A DNA stretch of 32,000 bases from Candidatus Calditenuis fumarioli. Its GTDB lineage: Archaea > Thermoproteota > Nitrososphaeria_A > Caldarchaeales > Calditenuaceae. The notes beneath the pieces are model-generated. The model was not told where the DNA came from and did not search any database. It saw nothing but the letters and a program-made list of their open reading frames with translations. Of this stretch, positions 1-9,422 are shown in pieces. Position 1 is the first letter of the stretch. Each line of letters starts with the position of its first letter. The translations under genes and the position numbers were made by a program. The stretch lies in the NCBI GenBank assembly GCA_030059665.1, contig JANVYR010000001.1:595548-627547 (forward strand). Reading direction: 5' to 3'.

Positions 1-81
1 CTTCAGGGTGATCAGGTACCTGTTGCCCTTCTCCGTCAGCAGCAGCACCCGGTCGCCATGGGTGGGTGACCTCAGCTCCAA
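1..81 (-). CDS. 5' end of a gene running off the left edge; N-terminus resembles tRNA (adenine-N1)-methyltransferase TrmI/Gcd14
   Basis: Minus-strand frame is open from TTG at 81-79 to the window edge: LELRSPTHGDRVLLLTEKGNRYLITLK. The GD.V.L....G.RYLIT pattern recalls archaeal TrmI N-termini. Only 27 codons are visible. Confidence 0.25.
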   Translation of the reverse strand, partial: MELRSPTHGDRVLLLTEKGNRYLITLK

Positions 82-126
82 CTCCCCTTCTCGTGACCCG
101 GGCTCTCTTTAAAACCGGAACGCGGC

Positions 127-1389
127 TCAGACCTCGTATACCGCTCCTAACTCGGGATCCACCGCCTCCGTTCCGAGCTCCTCCCGCGCCCACCTTGCCA
201 GCTCCGCGCAGGACTCCGGCTCACCGTGCACCGCGAAGACCCTCGCGCCCTCCGCGGTCCTCCTCAGGTAATCGTGGAGCTCCTTCCTTCCCGCGTGACC
301 CGAGAGCCTGAACTGGGAGACCTTGGACCTGACGGTGACCGATTCGCCGTCCGCCTCGAGCACCTTCCTGCTGAGGACCGCCTCGCCCGGCGTGCCCGGG
401 ACCTGGAAGCTGACGAAGGTTATCGAGGAATCCTCGCGCTCCGCGACCGCCCTGGCGTAGTAGACGGCAGGCCCTCCCTGGAGCATCCCGGCCGGGGAGA
501 TCACGACCGCCGCCTCACTTGACAGGCGCTCCCTCATCCTCCTTCCCCTCACGTACCTCACCCTCTTCACGGCCTGGCCGAGCAGGTCAATCCCGTCGAC
601 GAACTCCTCCAGCTCGAGGTAGAGGTTGGTCAGCTCCTTAGCCATCCCGTCCATGTAAACGTCGTGCGGGAAGTTCAGGGCCCTGAGGATCATCGCCACC
701 TCCTGGGACCGGGAGACCGAGAAGGCCGGGACCAGAGCCGTCCCTCCCGACTCGACCGTCTCCCTCAGCTGCTCCACGAGCGCCCTCTCCAGCTCCCTCC
801 TCGGCTGGTGGTCCTCCCTCGCGTAGGTCGACTCGGTTATCACGACGTCGAAGCCTCCCGATGGAACGTCGGCACCGTCCATCAGCCTCGTCTTGACGGT
901 GGTGAAGTCGCCGGTGTAGAGCAGCGTCTTGTCCGAGTTCAGGATCACCTGCGCGCTCCCTGGGATGTGGCCGGCGTCGATCAGCTCGATCTCGACGTCC
1001 TTGACCCTCACCGTCTCGTTGAAGTTGACGCGCTCCCCCTTCCCGAGCGCCTTCCGGACCTCTAGCTCACCGAAGAAGAGCCGGTCGCCGTTCAGCTTGA
1101 TCATGTCGTTGAGCAGGTACTCCGACTGCCGGTACGTGGCCTCGGTCGCGATCAGCCTTGGGCTGGCGCTGACGAAGAGCATAGGGATCGCTCCGGAGTG
1201 GTCGAGGTGCGCGTGCGTCAGGACAACGGCGTCCAGGTCCTTCGGCGACACGTGCATCGGGAAGTGGATCTCGTCCTCCGGGTCCACCTTCACCCCGTAG
1301 TCCAGCAGTATCCTCGCTCCGCCCTTGCTCTTGACGAGTATCGCTGACCTTCCCACCTCTCTGGCCCCTCCGAGGAACCTTATCTCCAT
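127..1389 (-). CDS. Metallo-beta-lactamase / beta-CASP ribonuclease (aCPSF2-like)
   Basis: 420-aa ORF with the MBL motif THAHLDHSGAIP near the N-terminus. The later GDF...D and VHGE motifs and the size are typical of archaeal beta-CASP RNases. Confidence 0.8.
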   Translation of the reverse strand: MEIRFLGGAREVGRSAILVKSKGGARILLDYGVKVDPEDEIHFPMHVSPKDLDAVVLTHAHLDHSGAIPMLFVSASPRLIATEATYRQSEYLLNDMIKLNGDRLFFGELEVRKALGKGERVNFNETVRVKDVEIELIDAGHIPGSAQVILNSDKTLLYTGDFTTVKTRLMDGADVPSGGFDVVITESTYAREDHQPRRELERALVEQLRETVESGGTALVPAFSVSRSQEVAMILRALNFPHDVYMDGMAKELTNLYLELEEFVDGIDLLGQAVKRVRYVRGRRMRERLSSEAAVVISPAGMLQGGPAVYYARAVAEREDSSITFVSFQVPGTPGEAVLSRKVLEADGESVTVRSKVSQFRLSGHAGRKELHDYLRRTAEGARVFAVHGEPESCAELARWAREELGTEAVDPELGAVYEV

Positions 1390-1529
1390 CCCTCGCTCAC
1401 TTTCCCGTTAATCCTGCCCGTCCATCAACAACCACAGTAATAAACTGAGCGGTTAAGCGGGGGACGTCACGTGCTTCGGGAGCTGGAGCCTGTGGCCCGG
1501 GATCTGATGGGCGATGGGTCAGCGGGCGG

Positions 1530-1733
1530 TCACTTCTTCGAGGAGAGCCACCAGGTCAGGTACTCGTCCTTCCAGCGCTTTGCTCGTTCCTGTCTCTCCC
1601 TCTCCGCCCTCACCCTCTCGGTTGCCTCAAGCAGCTCCTGGAGGTTCATGACGGTGCCGCACGACGTGCAGACGTACTGCTTCACCGAGCGCTCGTAGAC
1701 CATCGTCCCACCGCACTCGGGGCACGGCCTCAT
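1530..1733 (-). CDS. Small zinc-ribbon protein with a basic helical tail
   Basis: 67-aa ORF with CPECG...(13)...CTSCG, i.e. two CxxC pairs, followed by a charged helix (RVRAERERQERAKRWK). Confidence 0.5.
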   Translation of the reverse strand: MRPCPECGGTMVYERSVKQYVCTSCGTVMNLQELLEATERVRAERERQERAKRWKDEYLTWWLSSKK

Positions 1734-1801
1734 CCACGCTCGCCTCCCATCAGCAGGTTTTGAGTCTTTTGCAGGTCGACCGGCGCGTGGGCTCGTCCCT
1801 C

Positions 1802-2743
1802 TCAGTACATCTCACGGAGCACGTCCTCGGGCAGGAAGGCCCGCTCGATCTCCCGATAGCGCTCTATCCCGACCAGGGAGTGATGGTCTGAGGTGGGAAG
1901 CCCCTCCTCGAGCTGCTCCAGCTCCCACTGGGCCTCCTCCTGCCGCTCAAGCAGAGCCTTCGCGAACCTGTATACCGCGGCCATCTCCGCGTGGAGCGCC
2001 CCCATGCTCACGATTATCAGCTTGTAACCCCTCGAGGCTATCTCCCGGAATCTGAGTCTGCTCCTCGATTTCGTCCATCTGAAGCTGGAGGAGTAGTTGA
2101 AGAGGAGGGGAACGTCCGGGTGCTCGGCCCTCACCCGCTCCGCGAAGTCCCAGGCCCTCTCGTCGTCAGGTCCCGTGAACTCGGCCCAGAGGACGTCAGC
2201 TCCGGCGTCCGCGAAGGCGATCGCCCTCCTGACGGCCTCCTCGAGCGTTCCTCCCTTCGTGCCCAGGACGTCGGTCCTCGCTATCAGGACGAAGTCCGGG
2301 TCGACCTGGTCGCGGGTCCTGCAGAGCGATCTCACCTTCAGCACCGCCTCCTGGAAGGGGAGCACGGTCTTCCCGGCAAGGTGGCCGCACCTCTTCGGGA
2401 ACCTCTGGTCCTCCACGTGGATCGCAGCCACCCCTGCCCTCACGAACTCCTCCACCGTTCTGGTGGCCGTGACGGCGTTGCCGTAGCCGTCGTCGGCGTC
2501 CGAGATCACAGGTATCCGGACGGCCCTCGCCACCCTACCGGCGAACTCGACCATCTCGGTCATCGTCAGGAACCCGATGTCGGGCCTCGTCAGGTACCCG
2601 ATGGAGCAGGAGTAGCCGCTGACGTAGGCGACCTTCAGCCCCACCATCTCGAGTAGCTTCGCCTGAATGGGCGTGTAGACGCCGGTGGTCCAGACGTACT
2701 CCTCCTTCCTGAGGAGGTTCCGCAGCTCCCTCGAGCTGTCCAC
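1802..2743 (-). CDS. Isocitrate lyase / PEP mutase superfamily enzyme (methylisocitrate lyase or carboxyvinyl-carboxyphosphonate phosphorylmutase-like)
   Basis: 313 aa. It has SDADDGYGN and the EDQRFPKRCGHLAGK catalytic-loop motif (K[KR]CGH) characteristic of the ICL/PEPM family. Confidence 0.75.
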   Translation of the reverse strand: MDSSRELRNLLRKEEYVWTTGVYTPIQAKLLEMVGLKVAYVSGYSCSIGYLTRPDIGFLTMTEMVEFAGRVARAVRIPVISDADDGYGNAVTATRTVEEFVRAGVAAIHVEDQRFPKRCGHLAGKTVLPFQEAVLKVRSLCRTRDQVDPDFVLIARTDVLGTKGGTLEEAVRRAIAFADAGADVLWAEFTGPDDERAWDFAERVRAEHPDVPLLFNYSSSFRWTKSRSRLRFREIASRGYKLIIVSMGALHAEMAAVYRFAKALLERQEEAQWELEQLEEGLPTSDHHSLVGIERYREIERAFLPEDVLREMY

Positions 2744-2966
2744 ACCTTTTCCAACTCGGGTCCGGCTAAAGCGTTACCCCCTCAACGCGTTGTCTCGATC
2801 CGTGGAGAGAGATCCATCGCACACGCTTTCCGGTGTTGGTGGAATGACCGAGCGGGTCGGAGGGTGAGAGTAGCGGCACTCCGCTTGGATCCCTAGCGCA
2901 ACTGGAGGGAGCAAGAAACGCGTGACCTGATCACCGTTTATCCCGTGCCGCTCCAGGGCATTCAGG

Positions 2967-3266
2967 ATGGCCAGCCTCTCCGAGCTCCAGAGGATGATGG
3001 ACCGGCTCTACGGCGACCGCGACAGGAAAAGGGGGCCCGAGCGGACGCTGCTCTGGCTCGTCTCCGAGGTGGCCGAGGTCGCGGAGGTCCTGATCAAGGG
3101 CAAGGCCTCTGGATCCAGCTACGAGGACGAGCTGGCCGATGCCCTGGCCTGGCTCCTCAGCTTCTCGAACCTGGTCGGCGTGGACCTGGAGTCGGCCTTC
3201 ATGAGGAGGTACGGATCAGGGTGTCCCCGTTGCAAGCGGATCCCCTGCGTCTGCCCGGAGCGATGA
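2967..3266 (+). CDS. MazG-like nucleotide pyrophosphohydrolase domain protein
   Basis: 99 aa. The EVAEVAEV...DELADALAWL pattern (EExxE...D of all-alpha NTP-PPases) is present. The Cys-rich tail reads CPRCKRIPCVC. Confidence 0.65.
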   Translation: MASLSELQRMMDRLYGDRDRKRGPERTLLWLVSEVAEVAEVLIKGKASGSSYEDELADALAWLLSFSNLVGVDLESAFMRRYGSGCPRCKRIPCVCPER

Positions 3267-3299
3267 GGTCGTTCCGGATATCCGGTGAGCAGAGCCACC

Positions 3300-4103
3300 T
3301 CAGTCGGTGAGGAAGCCGCCGTCGACCGCGATCACGGCGCCGTTGACGTAGCTCGAGAGGTCGGAGGCCAGGAAAAGCACGACCCGTGCCACCTCGTCCG
3401 GCTCCCCCAGCCTGCCGAGAGGTACCCTGCGGAGGAAGCTCGCCCCCGTCAGAAGGAATCCGAAGTCGAGCCTCTTCAGCGCCTCGTTCCTCATCCTGTC
3501 CGCGCCCGGAGTTTTGATCCCGCCGGGCATGACCGCGTTGACCCTGAAGCCCTTCGGTCCGTACTCCCTAGCGAGCGCCCTCGTAAGAGCCAGCACTCCG
3601 ATCTTGCTTATGCCGTAATGCACGAGTCCCCTCACAAGGTGGAGGACCGCCTCGACGGAGCTGACGTTGATTATGTTTCCACCCTGCTTCTCCCTGTGTT
3701 TTATCATGTGCTGACACATGTAGAACACCGACTTCAGATTGACCGCCATCGTCCTCTCAAGCAGGGCCTCGTCCACCTCGAGGAAGTCCCTCGACTGGTA
3801 GATGCCTGCGTTGTTCACCAGTATGTCCGGAGGGTTGTCGCCGATCTCGTTCCAGAGCGCCTCGATCTGTTCCCTCCTCGAGAGGTCGACGACGTGCTGC
3901 GTCACCTTCCTGCCGAACGTGCTGGATATTTCGGACGCGGCCTCGGCGAGCGCCTCCGCGTTGACGTCCACCAGCATCAGGTCCGCACCTGCCTCCGCAA
4001 GCCTCTCCGATATGGCCCTTCCTATGCCCATCGCCGCACCAGTGACAAGTGCGGTTCTCCCCTTGAGGGAGATGAGGTCTGCAATTGTTTTGCTGTTGTG
4101 CAC
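3300..4103 (-). CDS. Short-chain dehydrogenase/reductase (SDR), 3-oxoacyl-ACP reductase-like
   Basis: TGAAMGIGRAI Rossmann motif, NNAG, and the Y..SK catalytic motif (HYGISKIG). I trimmed the start to the GTG at 4103. The tracked ORF extends to 4391, but that extra part is low-complexity and overlaps the divergent gene. Confidence 0.8.
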   Translation of the reverse strand: MHNSKTIADLISLKGRTALVTGAAMGIGRAISERLAEAGADLMLVDVNAEALAEAASEISSTFGRKVTQHVVDLSRREQIEALWNEIGDNPPDILVNNAGIYQSRDFLEVDEALLERTMAVNLKSVFYMCQHMIKHREKQGGNIINVSSVEAVLHLVRGLVHYGISKIGVLALTRALAREYGPKGFRVNAVMPGGIKTPGADRMRNEALKRLDFGFLLTGASFLRRVPLGRLGEPDEVARVVLFLASDLSSYVNGAVIAVDGGFLTD

Positions 4104-4164
4104 GACTTCACACGTCCTGCGGCCTGCATAAGCCTTTTCATCCCCGGGGACACAATAGAACTGG

Positions 4165-5835
4165 GTGACCTTCGTGGAGGAGGTCCGGGTTGACGCACTC
4201 GTGGTGGGATCAGGTGCTGCAGGCCTGGTGGGAGCCCTGACGATAAGACACGCTGGATACGAGGTGCTTCTGGTGGAGAAGACCGAGCTCATCGGTGGAT
4301 CGAGCGCCATGTCCGGCGGCGGCCTCTGGATACCGAACAATCCGGTTTCGGCAGAGGCGGGCGTCGAGGACTCCTTCGAGCAGGCCCTCACTTACCTCCG
4401 CAACGTCGTCCCGGAGATGAGGGATGCATCGTCCCTCGAACGGATCAAGGCCTACCTCACGTACGGGCCGGAGATGGTGCGCTTCCTGAGGGATCTGGGC
4501 TTCAGGTGGAGACCATCGCTCGGATATCCCGATTACTACCCCGAGGTCCCCGGAGGATCCGTAAAGGGCAGGTGCATTGAGGGAGCCGTCTTCAACGGGA
4601 GGAAGCTGGGGGAGTGGAGAAAGAGGCTGCGACGGTACCCGGGAGCGCCTCCGCTGCCGATCCACACCAACGAGGCGTGGCGCCTGTACCTCATGAGGAG
4701 CAGGATCGGGGTGGCAGCTCTTCTCAGGATAGGATTCAGGCTGTTGGGAAACTGGATGCTGGGAAGGATACCGCTGACTCTGGGAGCCTCCCTCGTCGGG
4801 CAGCTCCTCTACCTCTGCCTGAAGCACGGCGTTCGGATCTGGCTGGAGTCTCCCCTCGTTGAGCTGGTGACCGATGACGGTCGGGTCATCGGGGCCGTGG
4901 TCATGCACGAAGGCAGGTACGTCCGCGTGACCGCGAAAGGAGGGGTGCTTCTCGCTGCGGGTGGGTTCGAGCACAACCAGGAGATGCGCGAGCGGTTCCT
5001 GCCTAAACCTACAAGCACCGAGTGGGCGGTGGGCTCTCCCGGCAACACTGGCGACGCCATTAGCGCAGCCATGAGAATCGGTGCCAGGGTCGCTCTCATG
5101 GACAAGGCCTGGGGAGGGCCCGTGGCCGTCACTCCCGAGGGTAAGCCTCTCTTCCTGCTCGCCGAGAGGTCGCTGCCTTTCGGGATCATCGTCGACTCCA
5201 GCGGCGAGCGTTTCATGAATGAGTCGGCCTCCTATGTTGACTGCTGGCACAGCATATATCGGAGGAACAGGGAGGTACCAGCGATACCGTCTTGGCTGAT
5301 CATCGATAACAGGCACAGGTCGAGGTACCTCTTCGGGACCTTGCCTCCGGGCTACACTCCATCGAAGGCGACCAGCTCTCGCTTCCTCGTGAGGGCTCGC
5401 TCTCTCGATGAGCTCGCCGAGAAGGTAGGCGTTGACTCGCAGGGCCTGAAGGCGACGGTGAGGAGGTTCAACGAGATGGCCAGGAAAGGGAGGGACGAGG
5501 ACTTCAAACGAGGAGAGAGCGCTTACGACCGCTTCTATTCGGATCCCTACGTGAGGCCCAATCCGAACCTCGGTCCGGTGGAGAAACCACCGTTCTACGC
5601 CACCGCCGTCTATCCCGGAGAGCTGGGGACTTGCGGCGGCCTACTGACCGACGAGTGGGCGAGGGTCCTGCACGAGGACGGCCACCCGATAGAGGGCCTT
5701 TACGCTGCGGGTAACGCGTCAGCCTCCGTCTTCGGCGGAACCTACCCTGGCCCGGGATCGACGTTGGGGCCCGCCTGCACCTTCGCCTACATAGCGGCCA
5801 GACACATCGTTCAGCGCCTCCGCGAGATGCCTTGA
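4165..5835 (+). CDS. FAD-dependent oxidoreductase, 3-ketosteroid-delta1-dehydrogenase (KstD) / fumarate-reductase-flavoprotein-like
   Basis: 556 aa. N-terminal dinucleotide fold DALVVGSGAAGLVGAL...VEK...GGSSAMSGGGLW, and a C-terminal GLYAAGN motif typical of this flavoprotein family. Confidence 0.75.
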   Translation: MTFVEEVRVDALVVGSGAAGLVGALTIRHAGYEVLLVEKTELIGGSSAMSGGGLWIPNNPVSAEAGVEDSFEQALTYLRNVVPEMRDASSLERIKAYLTYGPEMVRFLRDLGFRWRPSLGYPDYYPEVPGGSVKGRCIEGAVFNGRKLGEWRKRLRRYPGAPPLPIHTNEAWRLYLMRSRIGVAALLRIGFRLLGNWMLGRIPLTLGASLVGQLLYLCLKHGVRIWLESPLVELVTDDGRVIGAVVMHEGRYVRVTAKGGVLLAAGGFEHNQEMRERFLPKPTSTEWAVGSPGNTGDAISAAMRIGARVALMDKAWGGPVAVTPEGKPLFLLAERSLPFGIIVDSSGERFMNESASYVDCWHSIYRRNREVPAIPSWLIIDNRHRSRYLFGTLPPGYTPSKATSSRFLVRARSLDELAEKVGVDSQGLKATVRRFNEMARKGRDEDFKRGESAYDRFYSDPYVRPNPNLGPVEKPPFYATAVYPGELGTCGGLLTDEWARVLHEDGHPIEGLYAAGNASASVFGGTYPGPGSTLGPACTFAYIAARHIVQRLREMP

Positions 5836-5938
5836 TGCCGTCGTGTCCCTTCACCTGCGGCCCCACTGGATCCCAGAATCGCGTTTCCGAGAAAGGGATA
5901 TTGGAGACGGCGACCCACTTCGTGCGTTGCCCTTCAAG

Positions 5939-6292
5939 GTGAAGCGGGTCTACGAGGCGCCCTCGCCCGATGACGGGTTCAGGGTCCTCGTCGACAGGTT
6001 ATGGCCCAGGGGCCTGAGCAAGTCCACGGCAAGGGTCGACCTATGGCTGAAGGAGGTGGCGCCCTCGGATTCCCTCCGGAAATGGTTCGGTCACGACCCC
6101 AGGAGGTGGGAGGAGTTCAGGCGTAGGTACTTCGCCGAGCTCGAGGGGAAGAAGGACCTAGTGCGGGTGCTGATCGATGCGGAGCGGGAGCACGGGACAG
6201 TCACGCTCCTCTACTCCGCGAAGGACGCGCTTCACAACAACGCGGTAGCCCTGCTCGAGTACCTTCAGGGCGAGCTCAGCCGTAGGTCGTGA
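5939..6292 (+). CDS. DUF488 (YeaO-like) family protein
   Basis: VKRVYEAPSPDDGFRVLVDRLWPRGLSK...WLKEVAPS..LRKWFGHDP..W..F...Y matches the DUF488 signature. The ORF is open from 5843, but homologues start at the KR[VI]Y motif, which corresponds to the in-frame GTG at 5939. Confidence 0.65.
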   Translation: MKRVYEAPSPDDGFRVLVDRLWPRGLSKSTARVDLWLKEVAPSDSLRKWFGHDPRRWEEFRRRYFAELEGKKDLVRVLIDAEREHGTVTLLYSAKDALHNNAVALLEYLQGELSRRS

Positions 6293-7289
6293 CGACCCTC
6301 AGCCAGTCCCGAAGGCGTATCTCCATCCCGTACCTCAGCTCCTTCGACTTCATGTGGAGGAAGATCCCGAGCAGCAGCCTCAGGTTCGTCAGCGGGTTCC
6401 CCTCGCCGCGTATCTTGTTCCTGATGTACCTGAACGCGGTCCAGAGGGGCTCGAAGAACCCGATCAACTTCGAAGGGTACTCCTCGAGCCTTCCCTCACG
6501 GAGAAGGGACGAGAACAGCTCAGCCGACTGCATCCCCGGTATGATGCCCTCCCCGAGGACGGGGTAGACGGCTCCCACGCTCTCGCCGACACCGTAGACG
6601 TTGCCATGGACTATGGGGACCGCGAGACGGGGCGGGGTTATCCTGACGGGCCTTCCGACCTTCGCGATCACCTCTCCGCCGTTCCTCGCCACGAACTCGT
6701 TCAGGACCTCGACGTGGCGCTTGTAGTAGTCACCTGCCCCGACGTGGGCCAGCCCGTCGCCCAGGGGGAAGTACCAGAAGTAACCCGAGAGCGGTTTGAT
6801 GGGTTTGACGTAGAAGTCGTCGAGCGGGGGGTCCCTGTACCTGATCAGGTACTCCAGAGTCGGGATGTAGTAGTCCTTCTGGAGCCTTGGGAGCAGCACC
6901 CTGTGGAAGCCTGTGGCGTCGACCACCACGTCGCCCCTCACCTCGTCGACCCTTCTGACCTCAGCTCCGTACGTGACCTCGACCCTCCTGTGCATGTCGA
7001 GGATCAGCCTCCGCTTGTCGAAGGTGCAGAGCCCCTTCAGCGGGACTTCGATCGCTTCGTCTCCGAGGTCAACAGTCATCCGCTTTCCGACGTGGAGGAC
7101 GTAGTCGTCGAACTCGATGTCGACGAGCTCCAGTAGCCTCCTCATCTCGTGGTAGCTCGTGCCCCAGGCGCAGACCGCCCTGAAGCTCTCCGGTCTCTGT
7201 CGCTCGAGGACCCTCAGGTCGTGCTCCCCCCTAAGCAGGTTCGCGAGGTAGCTCCCGACGATCCCGCCGCCCGCGATCGTCACCCTCAT
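6276..7289 (-). CDS. FAD-dependent oxidoreductase, geranylgeranyl reductase family
   Basis: MRVTIAGGGIVGSYLANLL dinucleotide-binding start, then GYFWYFPLGDGLAHVGAG and GESVGAV..LGEGI motifs typical of GGR-like flavoproteins. The ORF is open to 7349; I prefer the ATG at 7289. Confidence 0.55.
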   Translation of the reverse strand: MRVTIAGGGIVGSYLANLLRGEHDLRVLERQRPESFRAVCAWGTSYHEMRRLLELVDIEFDDYVLHVGKRMTVDLGDEAIEVPLKGLCTFDKRRLILDMHRRVEVTYGAEVRRVDEVRGDVVVDATGFHRVLLPRLQKDYYIPTLEYLIRYRDPPLDDFYVKPIKPLSGYFWYFPLGDGLAHVGAGDYYKRHVEVLNEFVARNGGEVIAKVGRPVRITPPRLAVPIVHGNVYGVGESVGAVYPVLGEGIIPGMQSAELFSSLLREGRLEEYPSKLIGFFEPLWTAFRYIRNKIRGEGNPLTNLRLLLGIFLHMKSKELRYGMEIRLRDWLRVVTTYG

Positions 7290-7447
7290 CCGGAAGACGG
7301 TTCTCGGAGCGGCTATTATCGGTAAGCTCCCGTATGGGGACCGGGTCATCGATCATTTCTCATAATCCCATCCAGGCGCGCTGTAGCTCTATGTCCAATA
7401 AAGACTGTTGCATGCCGCACGTCGGATGATTAACCTTTTTCAGCCGG

Positions 7448-8569
7448 TTGAGGAATGCGAACGTAGGGAAGCTCTTGATCAAACTGCACTTGAGGAACTT
7501 CAAGGGCGTAGTTGAGGGAGAGATAGAGCTTCCTGACGTCTCGATATTAGTAGGAGGAAACAACTCGGGCAAGTCGACCATTTTGGAGGCGATCTTCCTA
7601 GCTCCTGATCCCTTAAGGGGGACTCCATACGGAGCTAAGATGCCTCCAATTGCAGTAATCGAACGCATACATTCTACACTTCGGGGTCGAGGATATGCCT
7701 TCCTCCTCAACAATTATTCAGCCGATACCGCAGAAATCTCCCTATCAGTTGACTCAAAGGAATTTAACCTTCACATCGTTAAAGGCGAGCGTACTATTGG
7801 ATTCTGTACGAAAAACCCAGCAGGTTTAACTTATTTTTATGGTGCTGGAGACAAGTTCTCAACTACATACTATTTGACTTTCGGCCAGCCATATAACGAC
7901 ACTTATCCACAAAGTTGTATGGACGATGCTGAAAGGACCCGAAGATTCATAGAGCGAGCGGGCCTCAGTTTCGACTATATTATCAAGCGTCGAGATCGTA
8001 TTGAGACACTCCTTTATCATCCATCTTTACTTGATCTTGTAATCGAAGGTCTTCCGCATAGGTGGGCAGAGGTACAACCTTTAACCAAGAGCGTCGCATC
8101 GAAATTATCAGGTCTTTCGTGGGATGCGATTGTAAACATCACGTTCGAGCCGTTCGGAGGCTCGGTTGAAAACATCACACTCTACGCGCAATTGGAAGAT
8201 GGTAGGAGGGTCAGAATAGGTGACCTAGGGGACGGAGCTAAAAACTTGTTAGTCAGTATGCTCCTCTACGAGATCTCACGACCTAAAATTCTGCTATTAG
8301 ATGACCTGGAGAGTCACATGAACCCTAGAGCATTGGACGTGATGTTCGATTGGTTATGGGATGAAATCAAAGAGGGTCTCCGGGTTGTGGCGTCCACACA
8401 CAACATAGAAGTGGCAAAGAGGTTTCTGAGCAGGTTTGATCAGTCAAAGGCCATCCTAGTGGGGCTGAAGCAAGGCAGGCTTGGTTACAGGTCGTTCACG
8501 TTAGACGAACTCGAAGATTTGGAGGCGGGGGGCCTGGACATCCGAGTTGCGGAGGCCTTTCTGCTATGA
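7448..8569 (+). CDS. ABC-type (AAA_15/AAA_21-like) ATPase, first gene of a two-gene accessory module
   Basis: Walker A GGNNSGKST, signature-like LGDGAKNLL, Walker B ILLLDDLESHMNP, and H-loop STHN. An alternative TTG start at 7475 would give the typical N-terminus MIKLHLRNFKG. Visibly lower G+C than its neighbours. Confidence 0.75.
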   Translation: MRNANVGKLLIKLHLRNFKGVVEGEIELPDVSILVGGNNSGKSTILEAIFLAPDPLRGTPYGAKMPPIAVIERIHSTLRGRGYAFLLNNYSADTAEISLSVDSKEFNLHIVKGERTIGFCTKNPAGLTYFYGAGDKFSTTYYLTFGQPYNDTYPQSCMDDAERTRRFIERAGLSFDYIIKRRDRIETLLYHPSLLDLVIEGLPHRWAEVQPLTKSVASKLSGLSWDAIVNITFEPFGGSVENITLYAQLEDGRRVRIGDLGDGAKNLLVSMLLYEISRPKILLLDDLESHMNPRALDVMFDWLWDEIKEGLRVVASTHNIEVAKRFLSRFDQSKAILVGLKQGRLGYRSFTLDELEDLEAGGLDIRVAEAFLL

Positions 8570-9315
8570 GGCTTGACATCACATCAGCAAAATACCGGAT
8601 AAAGTCGGCTATAGAAAAGGCGTTTGATCTTTGCAGCATTCAACTTAAGCGGGCGATGGGTGAAATAGAGCTTGTGGTCGTTATAATGGACGGTAGCGAG
8701 GACTCACGTGTCATTGCCTTACTACTGCACAGACTTAACGGAGAATGCTCAGCAGCCATAATCACACCAAAAGATCTCGGAACGGACAACGTTGGCAAAA
8801 ATCTCGCAACCTATATGAGCAAGGGAGTGAAGCAAAGGGCATTCCTCGTTGTGCTCGATCAAGAGGAGCTACAGTTAAATGAAGTATGGCGAAGGATTGA
8901 GGATTCGCTCAAAAAGCACGGAATTGCATACAAAGAGTGCGAACCCGGAGATAGGTGGAAAATATATTCGTGTAACCACGGTGATAAAGAGTTCCTCGTT
9001 GGCGTTGTCATTAACGGGCGAGATCTGCCGTTCCAAAAGCATTCTATTGAGGACCACCTGCTCGAGCTGCTCAACAAGCTCGCGGACACGACGTCATCAC
9101 AACAGTTAACCAGTCTGAGAGTAGCTGCTAATTCATCTAAGGATGCATGGTCGAAAATTGCAAAGAATAACCACGATGTCCAGCGGATGGTTTACAGTGC
9201 GGTCGTGAACAGCGAACACGCTTCCACTGTTTTCCAGCAACATGTGAACGCTGTAGAGAGATTGAGGAAGATGCTGCGTGGGCAGAGGTTCGATTGTGGT
9301 AAGTCATCAACGTGA
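8566..9315 (+). CDS. Hypothetical protein, possible Toprim/DUF4276-like nuclease partner of the upstream ATPase
   Basis: ATGA start/stop overlap with the ATPase gene. Three motifs sit in Toprim-like order: LVVVIMDGSED (aa 36-46), FLVVLDQEE (aa 93-101) and SIEDHLLELL (aa 160-169). An alternative start is at M31 (8656). The function is inference only. Confidence 0.45.
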   Translation: MRLDITSAKYRIKSAIEKAFDLCSIQLKRAMGEIELVVVIMDGSEDSRVIALLLHRLNGECSAAIITPKDLGTDNVGKNLATYMSKGVKQRAFLVVLDQEELQLNEVWRRIEDSLKKHGIAYKECEPGDRWKIYSCNHGDKEFLVGVVINGRDLPFQKHSIEDHLLELLNKLADTTSSQQLTSLRVAANSSKDAWSKIAKNNHDVQRMVYSAVVNSEHASTVFQQHVNAVERLRKMLRGQRFDCGKSST

Positions 9316-9412
9316 TCCCGTCATAACACCGTTAACCCTGAGCGGGTAATGCGTAACATCCGAGGGTGAGTGTCGAGGACTGTTGGGAGTCGTAGGAAGG
9401 TCATTCCCTCTG

Positions 9413-9422
9413 CCATAAAACC
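9413..9422 (-). terminator. Oligo-T tract downstream of tRNA-Leu
   Basis: The minus strand reads GGTTTTATGG about 40 nt past the tRNA 3' end. Archaeal terminators are T-runs. Confidence 0.3.

Noticed and set aside
66-311. 81-aa plus-strand ORF (Pro/Arg-rich) at the left edge.
   Set aside because: It overlaps the 3' end of the beta-CASP RNase gene on the opposite strand and is low-complexity.
4104-4391. N-terminal 96-codon extension of the SDR ORF.
   Set aside because: The extension is low-complexity (S/T/P/A-rich), overlaps the divergent flavoprotein gene, and precedes the Rossmann motif by far more than in SDRs. The GTG at 4103 gives a normal SDR N-terminus.
7361-7376. AATCCCA-containing stretch at the left edge of the low-GC island, considered as a duplicated tRNA-Leu 3' fragment (att site).
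   Set aside because: Only about 10 of 12 bases match, the orientation is inverted relative to the tRNA, and no integrase is present. This is not convincing as an attachment-site repeat.
7360-7713. 117-aa minus-strand ORF overlapping the ATPase start.
   Set aside because: It is antisense to the well-supported Walker A region of the ATPase and has no motifs.
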